In this document: positions 58,132 through 64,000 of the stretch, piece by piece
Position numbering within the stretch: the first letter of the stretch is position 1
Layout: the number at the start of each line of letters is the position of its first letter
Assembly: GCA_022709525.1 (NCBI GenBank)
Contig: JAKLIQ010000002.1
Span: 984-64,983, forward strand
DNA: 64,000 nucleotides
DNA from: Candidatus Omnitrophota bacterium
Lineage (GTDB): Bacteria > Omnitrophota > Omnitrophia > Omnitrophales > Aquincolibacteriaceae
Direction: 5' to 3'
Translations under genes and position numbers: made by a program
The notes under the pieces: generated by a model
What the model was told of the DNA's origin: nothing
Seen by the model: only the letters and a program-made list of their open reading frames with translations
The model's database searches: none

Positions 58132-60000
58132 TTAACGAGAGGTGCCGGACTTTTGGCGGACTTCCCACGCTTGATCGGTCTGCCGGTAAAGTTCGTCGAT
58201 CTCTTTCTGATATTCTTTCATCACGATGCGGCGCTTGATCTTCAAGGTCGGCGTCATCTCTCCGGCCGCGAGCGTGAATTCTTTGGGAAGCAACATGAAC
58301 GCCTTGACCGTTTCATAGCTGGCCAAACCCTCCATTTTTTGACTAAGCCGCTCCGAGATCCATGCCCGGATCTCGGGACATCCCAGCATCTTTTCGTACG
58401 TCATGTCCCCAAGTTGATGTTCTTGAGCATAGCGAAGCACTTCCTGCTGCTGGGGCACAAGCAAAGCGCAGAGATACGGCCGCTTATCACCGAGAACGAT
58501 GGCCTGAACAAAAAGATTGTCCTGCAAGATGCGGCTTTCGATATTTTGCGGCGAGACGTTCTTGCCGCCCGCCGTCACGATCATATCTTTTTTTCTGTCC
58601 GTGATATGCAAAAACCCCTCATCGTCGAAGCGGCCGATATCGCCCGTGTGGAACCAGCCGTCTTTGATGCATTCCGAGGTCGCCTGCGGATTCCTGTAAT
58701 ACCCCTTCATCACGCAGGGACCGGATGTCAGGATCTCGCCGTCTTCGGCGATCTTCACGCGGATTCCGGCGATGGGCTTTCCTACCGTTCCGAATTTGAA
58801 ATCATCCAGCGCGTTCACCGCGATCACAGGCGATGTCTCCGTCAGACCGTAACCTTCAAGGATCATGATGTCGGCGGCGTAAAAAAAGCGGGCCAGGTCT
58901 TTGGAAAGCGGCGCCCCGCCGGAGATAAAGAAGCGGATCCTTCCGCCCATCGCCCGCTTGATCTTTTTAAAAACGATCGCCTTGGCGATGCTGTTATAAA
59001 AAGCGAGCCAAAGGGGGATTTTTTGTTTCCGGATCTTCATTTGCGCCGTCCTCATCCCAACCCGGACTCCCCAGTGAAAAAGTTTTTGCTTCCAAGCCGG
59101 CGCCTTGGCGACTTCTTCAAAAATGCGGCTGTAAGTCTTCTCATAGAACCGGGGGACCGCGACCACAATGGTCGGACGGACTTTCCGGATATCCTCCCCG
59201 ACCGACATCAGACTTTCGGCGTAGGCGATCGAAACTCCGTAGGCAGCCTGGTAATAATACCCCGCTAATCGCTCAAAAACATGGCTTAAGGGAAGAAATG
59301 ACAGCACGGAATCCCGGTCGTCGATCTGGATGCGCTGAAAGGAGCCCTGATAATTCGCGATGAAATTGCGGTGCGTCAGCATGACCCCCTTCGGCGCCCC
59401 GGTGGTCCCTGAGGTATAAATAATAGTCGCAAGATCATCGGGGCTGACGTTCTTAACGCATTGCTCATAAAGACCAGGGTGACTTGACTCGTAAGACCGT
59501 CCCCCGTCGCGGAATTTTTCCAGACCCGGAACATTGGCAAAACCACCGCGATCGAACATGATGATCCCGGCCGGAAGGAACCGGGAGCGAAAACCCTCGA
59601 TCTTGCGATACTGTTCTTGGGAAGAGACGAATAGGGCCTTCAAGTCCGAATGTTCGATGATATGGCGGGTGTCTTCAAGGGAGGCGGTCGGGTAGATCGG
59701 AACGGTCACGGCGCCCAAGCTTAAGATCCCCAGGTCCGCAAATGTCCATTCGGGCCTGTTCTCCGAAAGAATACCGACATGATCCCCTTTGCGGATCCCG
59801 AGAGCATGGAGCGCGAGGGCTACTTCCTTCGCGATTACCATCCATTCCTGCCAGTTATAGGAGCCGGCATACCCGCCTTCAACCTTATAGAAAAGGGCTT
59901 TCTTGGAGCCGAAAAAACGGGCGCGATCCTGAAAAACCTGGATCAAATTACCATTTTCTTCAACACAATCGGGAGGAAATTCGGAACGCTTGGTGGCCAT
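58132..60000 (-). CDS. Long-chain-fatty-acid--CoA ligase (AMP-dependent synthetase/ligase)
   Basis: AMP-binding motif IYTSGTTGAPKGVMLTHRNF, plus TGD and GWFHTGDIG motifs. Start taken at MATKRSEF (60000) to avoid a 67 nt overlap with the upstream gene. Confidence 0.85.
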   Translation of the reverse strand: MATKRSEFPPDCVEENGNLIQVFQDRARFFGSKKALFYKVEGGYAGSYNWQEWMVIAKEVALALHALGIRKGDHVGILSENRPEWTFADLGILSLGAVTVPIYPTASLEDTRHIIEHSDLKALFVSSQEQYRKIEGFRSRFLPAGIIMFDRGGFANVPGLEKFRDGGRSYESSHPGLYEQCVKNVSPDDLATIIYTSGTTGAPKGVMLTHRNFIANYQGSFQRIQIDDRDSVLSFLPLSHVFERLAGYYYQAAYGVSIAYAESLMSVGEDIRKVRPTIVVAVPRFYEKTYSRIFEEVAKAPAWKQKLFHWGVRVGMRTAQMKIRKQKIPLWLAFYNSIAKAIVFKKIKRAMGGRIRFFISGGAPLSKDLARFFYAADIMILEGYGLTETSPVIAVNALDDFKFGTVGKPIAGIRVKIAEDGEILTSGPCVMKGYYRNPQATSECIKDGWFHTGDIGRFDDEGFLHITDRKKDMIVTAGGKNVSPQNIESRILQDNLFVQAIVLGDKRPYLCALLVPQQQEVLRYAQEHQLGDMTYEKMLGCPEIRAWISERLSQKMEGLASYETVKAFMLLPKEFTLAAGEMTPTLKIKRRIVMKEYQKEIDELYRQTDQAWEVRQKSGTSR

Positions 60001-60010
60001 AGGCCGTTTC

Positions 60011-60676
60011 TCAGGAAGCGGAAGTTTTCGCTTTTTCGGCGGAATTTTCTGTTTTGGCGGGCATTCCTTCAAGTTCACTGATCATCTGGGCGTTCCGCTG
60101 GGTCTCTTCGTGGATGATCCTCAATTTTTCCTGCGCCAGAAGAGCGCTCTTGGTCGGGGCTTTCTGGCTGGAGACCTGCTTCTGGGACGTCTCAAGCTCA
60201 TTTAAGATCTTCTGATGAATGCGCGCCTGCTCCTGAACGCGCTGAAGCTGGGAGGACCGCCCGCTTTGCACGCTCTGGATTTTTTTGTTCAACTCCAGGA
60301 TCTTCTGGATCTCCTGACGGATCTGCGGTACCGAGGTGCGGGGTTTGGGCGGAGGCGGTACATAACCCGGTTTTACAGTAGAAACTTTGGAGGATTTCCC
60401 TTCGGGCTTTGCGGCGAACATTTGGGTTGCGCCGGCGCCCGCAGTCGCGACGCTTTTAACCCTTTCGGCCATCAATTCCTTGCCGGTCTTGCGGCCGAAG
60501 AATTTCACGATCTGATCGCCCACGGCTTGCGGGGTAGCCACGGCGGCAAGTGCGCTTTGGGTTTTGGATCCCTTTGAAGCCGGAGAAGATTCCTTAGCGG
60601 CGCCGGGTTCCTGCGGACTGGAAACTCCCAAATGAAGCATGCACAGCACAAGGACCCCAATGCTCAATTTACGCAT
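60011..60676 (-). CDS. Secreted coiled-coil protein, hypothetical
   Basis: Signal peptide MRKLSIGVLVLCMLHLGVSS, then a low-complexity A/S/K/Q-rich segment and a proline tract PGYVPPPPKP. No known domain. Confidence 0.5.
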   Translation of the reverse strand: MRKLSIGVLVLCMLHLGVSSPQEPGAAKESSPASKGSKTQSALAAVATPQAVGDQIVKFFGRKTGKELMAERVKSVATAGAGATQMFAAKPEGKSSKVSTVKPGYVPPPPKPRTSVPQIRQEIQKILELNKKIQSVQSGRSSQLQRVQEQARIHQKILNELETSQKQVSSQKAPTKSALLAQEKLRIIHEETQRNAQMISELEGMPAKTENSAEKAKTSAS

Positions 60677-60780
60677 GATACCCTTTCTTCTTTCAGTGGG
60701 CCGTATTCGAATTTTGAGGGTTCATTATAGCTTAATTTATTATCGAAAAAATCTGTTTTTTCTTGAGAATTCCGCTTATA

Positions 60781-61968
60781 TCACCTTCGTTCAAAAATAA
60801 GGGCGCTTCCCTGCCCGCCGCCCACGCATAAAGCCGCAAGGCCGAGCGAGGAACCGCGGCGTTTCATTTCGTGTAACAGCGTCACAGCGATCCTTGCTCC
60901 TGTCGCTCCTACGGGATGTCCGAGGGCGATCGCGCCGCCGTTCACGTTAACGATCCCCCGGTCGATCGCAAGCGATCTCTCGACCGCTAAATACTGAGCG
61001 GCAAAGGCTTCATTGATCTCGGCTAGCTTGATGTCTTTCAAGTTGAGTTTCGCTTTTTGAAGCGCTTTTTCAGTCGCAGGGACCGGCCCGATCCCCATTC
61101 GGCGAGGTTCGACCCCCGAAAAAGCCCAGCTTCGAACTATCGCAAGGACCGGCAGGCCAAGATCCTTCGCTTTCTCGCGATGCGTCACAATGAGCGCGGC
61201 CGCTCCGTCCGAGATCGAGCAGGCATTGCCGGCCGTCACGGTTCCTTGCTCCTTAAAAGCGGGGGGATATCCCTGAAGTTCTTTCAGAGTTAAAGAAGGG
61301 TTTGGACCTTCATCCTCGATAAAAGGGGGCGGCATTTTATCCCGTTTTGATCTTGGAGGAAGCGTTACCGGAATGATCTCATCTTTGAATTTCCCGGACT
61401 TCCCGGCCTGGACGGCTTTTTGGTGCGAACTTAGCGCAAATTCATCCTGCTCCGCGCGTCCGACCTTGAATTCCTGCGCCAATACCTCCGCCGTTTCCCC
61501 CATCATCATTCCCGACACGGGGTCGCGCAGGCCTTCCCAGAGCGCATCGATCATATGGGAATCACGGAGTCTTTTGCCGAACCGGAGATCGCGATTCACA
61601 AAAGGGGCTGAGGACATCACCTCCACGCCGCCGGCGATCACGAGATCGGCCGCCCCTGTTTCGATCATTTGAGCCGCGCTCACGATCGCCTGACTTCCGG
61701 AAGCGCAGTTTCGGTCGACTGTAAAGGCCGGGACATGCGGAGGGATACCCGCCATCAGGGCGATGACGCGAGCGACATTATGCGCGTCGGATTGCTGGCC
61801 CACGCAGCCAAAAATAACTTCATCCACCGCTTCGGGCGATAATCCCGTACGCTCTAAAAGCCCCCGAAGCACGACCTCGCCGAGCTTCTGGTTCGTGAGG
61901 TCTTTTAGCGCCCCGCCTAGCTTTGCCTGCGCCGTGCGAACAGCGCCTGCGATCACCACATCTCTCAT
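60781..61968 (-). CDS. Acetyl-CoA C-acetyltransferase (thiolase II)
   Basis: 395 aa. Thiolase signatures VDRNCASGSQAI, GNACSISDGAAALIV, AALCVGGGQGSALIFE. Confidence 0.9.
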   Translation of the reverse strand: MRDVVIAGAVRTAQAKLGGALKDLTNQKLGEVVLRGLLERTGLSPEAVDEVIFGCVGQQSDAHNVARVIALMAGIPPHVPAFTVDRNCASGSQAIVSAAQMIETGAADLVIAGGVEVMSSAPFVNRDLRFGKRLRDSHMIDALWEGLRDPVSGMMMGETAEVLAQEFKVGRAEQDEFALSSHQKAVQAGKSGKFKDEIIPVTLPPRSKRDKMPPPFIEDEGPNPSLTLKELQGYPPAFKEQGTVTAGNACSISDGAAALIVTHREKAKDLGLPVLAIVRSWAFSGVEPRRMGIGPVPATEKALQKAKLNLKDIKLAEINEAFAAQYLAVERSLAIDRGIVNVNGGAIALGHPVGATGARIAVTLLHEMKRRGSSLGLAALCVGGGQGSALIFERR

Positions 61969-62006
61969 AGAGAAGTCTCCGATGGAATAAGAACGATCAG
62001 CGGGGG

Positions 62007-64000
62007 TTATTCTAGCAGAAGCTGGCGTATATCCGCCAGCTGTTCACGGGCCTTTTTCATGCCTTCCGTGATGAACTTGTCAGCCGAAAAAAATTCGATC
62101 CAGTGAGCGTCCGGCACGGAAGCGTGGATAAAAATATCGGCCTCGCTTCCTTCCATCCGCGCGATCTCAAATTCGGTGAACATGATGGTATTCATGAGGG
62201 CATTGAAGATATTCGAAGTATAGCGCCGCTGGATCCTGTCCTTCGTTTTCATCCACATGCGCTTCCAATATCCTTTTTGCTGGAAATTCTGGTGAAAGGC
62301 CTTGCGGCGGAGCTCGTTGCGTTCGATCAGGTCTTTGGGAGCCGGCAGCACATTGACCGCGATGATCTTGCGCACCCCCATGTTCGAGAGGATCTTGACG
62401 GGCAACGGGTCCACGATCCCGCCATCGATGAGATAACTTCCCTTGTAGGGATAAGGCCTGAAAAAACCGGGAATGGAGATCGAGGCGCGGATCGCATTGA
62501 TCACATTGCCGGATTCCAGCACGACTTCTTCGGAGGTCAGCAGATTGGCCGCCACCATTTTGACCGGGATCTTCAGGTCCTGAAAAGTCATGTCCTTAAG
62601 ATGGGCGGATAGAAAACGCCCGATCTGGTCCCCTTTAAAAAACCCCCGGTGGATCGCCGAGATATCCCGGAACCCGAGCAGCTTGAAGAACGCGTTGTTC
62701 TTTTCAACCGACTTGGCGATCTTTTCGATCTCATAAGAATTGTAGCCCGCGGCCCAAAGCGCGCCGAGCAGGGCGCCGATGCTGGAGCCCGCGATGATAT
62801 CGACGGGGATCTTTTCCTGCTCGAGGACCCGGAGAACGCCGATATGCGCAAGGCCGTACGCAGCGCCGCTTCCGAGCGCTAGGCCGACAAGCCGCTCCGA
62901 CCACTCCTTAGCGAGAAAAGTAAGTGTTTTCTCATATTGGTAGCGCTGGTATTGAAGAGAGGGTAATGTGGAAAAAAGCTGAAGTTCCGCCGCTGATTCC
63001 GCAGGGATCTCTTTGCCTTCCTGGGACGGCAGGATGATCTTGATCTCATTGCGGTTAAATCCGAAATCCTGGCAAAGCTCGGCGACTTTCTTGGCAGCGA
63101 AAGTAAAAACATCGGCGCGCTTTTCGGCCCAAAGATAAACGCGGTCCGAGTAATTAAGCGCTTTGACGGCCACGGGGGTATTCCGGTCCGGCAGCGCGAT
63201 CACGAGATAGTCGTAGCGGTAGGTCAGAAGGGTTAAAAGCGCCGTGAACTTCGTCTCCTCCTCGTCCAGGGCGGCATTCACGGGAAAGGACAGAAAATCG
63301 AAATTTTGATCGTCCGTCTGGATGGCCTTCTGGACGGCCGATTCGCTCGAGGGGTCCATGGTCTTGAGATCAAAACCCGCAATATCGCCTCGACGGAATT
63401 CCGCCGGCAAAAGACTTTTGATCTTCCCGGAGAGGTCCATCAAAAGCACTTTGCTTTGGGTTTCCTTCCGGAGGGCTTTGATAAAGTCCGTGAGAAAACG
63501 GGCCATCCCCTCTGACGAAGCCGCAAAATAAAATGAGGCGATGCGGACCTCGCGCCGGTGCTGGCTGTAGCCGAGCTCCTCACGCGTCAGATGCCGTCCG
63601 AGCGAACGGCTCAGGTGGAGGGCCAGCGTCGGGATCTGATGAAGAAGTTTCTGGAAATCCTCGGCGCCTATCTTGAGCGCGACGGCGTCCGTTTTGGCCT
63701 CGACCGAGGCGCTGTGGACGCTGCCTGTCAAAAGCGAGGTTTCTCCGAAATGTTCGCCACGGTAAAAATAAAGGAGTGTGGATTCTTTGTCGGGCCCTCT
63801 GGCGCGGGTAAAGAGGCGGAAGCGGCCGGAAATAATGATGTAAAAAGCGTCAGGAACCGCCCCTTCCTCATAGACGATATCGCCCCGCTTGAAGCCGACA
63901 AGACGAGAATGCTGCTCGATCAGCGCCTGCTCCTCGGAGGTCAGGGACGAAAAAAGCGGGATCGGGTCCAGAAGACGGGTTTCCTTGGATTCGGGCTTGT
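62007..64000 (-). CDS. Cyclic-nucleotide-binding domain plus patatin-like phospholipase. The N-terminus runs off the window end.
   Basis: Patatin motifs GLALGSGAAYGLAHIGVL and GSSIGAL. Hand translation of 63732-64000 continues in-frame with no stop (..EQHSRLVGFKRGDIVYEEGAVPDAFYIIISGRFRLF..YFYRGEHFGETSLL), so the cNMP-binding domain continues past the window. The ORF-track start at 63731 is a TTG. Confidence 0.85.
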   Translation of the reverse strand, partial: KPESKETRLLDPIPLFSSLTSEEQALIEQHSRLVGFKRGDIVYEEGAVPDAFYIIISGRFRLFTRARGPDKESTLLYFYRGEHFGETSLLTGSVHSASVEAKTDAVALKIGAEDFQKLLHQIPTLALHLSRSLGRHLTREELGYSQHRREVRIASFYFAASSEGMARFLTDFIKALRKETQSKVLLMDLSGKIKSLLPAEFRRGDIAGFDLKTMDPSSESAVQKAIQTDDQNFDFLSFPVNAALDEEETKFTALLTLLTYRYDYLVIALPDRNTPVAVKALNYSDRVYLWAEKRADVFTFAAKKVAELCQDFGFNRNEIKIILPSQEGKEIPAESAAELQLFSTLPSLQYQRYQYEKTLTFLAKEWSERLVGLALGSGAAYGLAHIGVLRVLEQEKIPVDIIAGSSIGALLGALWAAGYNSYEIEKIAKSVEKNNAFFKLLGFRDISAIHRGFFKGDQIGRFLSAHLKDMTFQDLKIPVKMVAANLLTSEEVVLESGNVINAIRASISIPGFFRPYPYKGSYLIDGGIVDPLPVKILSNMGVRKIIAVNVLPAPKDLIERNELRRKAFHQNFQQKGYWKRMWMKTKDRIQRRYTSNIFNALMNTIMFTEFEIARMEGSEADIFIHASVPDAHWIEFFSADKFITEGMKKAREQLADIRQLLLE

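Noticed and set aside
58153-59268. 371-aa plus-strand ORF
   Set aside because: Antisense to the acyl-CoA ligase gene.
1-64000. CRISPR arrays, rRNA, transposase/integrase, prophage
   Set aside because: No regularly spaced direct repeats with unique spacers. No rRNA-like conserved stretches. No ORF has a DDE, tyrosine or serine recombinase signature. The repeats present are palindromic MITE/REP/RPE-like elements instead.

Overview
This looks like a gene-dense bacterial chromosome segment of roughly 55-60% GC, with almost every gene on the minus strand. Two very large ORFs dominate it. One is a continuous 24.8 kb ORF (31421..56191, 8256 aa). Its paralog (6264..14708, about 2815 aa) shares an N-terminal domain of roughly 550 aa. 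Both have extremely AT-rich upstream regions. The large protein carries a SecA/SF2-like DEAD-motif ATPase module, two clusters of roughly 10-25 transmembrane helices, a Pro/Gly-rich linker and long coiled-coil tracts. The smaller paralog carries an HExxH metalloprotease motif, and a Tat-like RRxFLK motif with a lipobox lies inside the protein rather than at its N-terminus. Giant multi-TM proteins of this kind are a hallmark of candidate phylum Omnitrophota, so that is my taxonomic guess; it is inference, not something the sequence proves. Around these genes sits an ordinary fermentative and housekeeping set: pyruvate:ferredoxin oxidoreductase with ADP-forming acetyl-CoA synthetase, a Tal-Pgi fusion, hflX, miaA, argS, rsfS, ogt, nadE, a tRNA-Ala(CGC), fadD-like ligase, thiolase and a patatin/cNMP protein. 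There are also two transporters, one followed by a MetS-like micro-ORF whose ATG overlaps the transporter's stop codon. The second striking feature is a set of short palindromic repeat families. They occur in intergenic DNA, and the same sequences are also inserted in-frame inside nadE (three sites), miaA and ogt, much like Rickettsia palindromic elements. Two diverged copies of a ~287 bp MITE-like hairpin element with terminal inverted repeats bracket a 3.4 kb transporter segment. I found no rRNA, CRISPR array, transposase or integrase. Most plus-strand ORFs in the supplied track are antisense artefacts of the GC-rich minus-strand genes.
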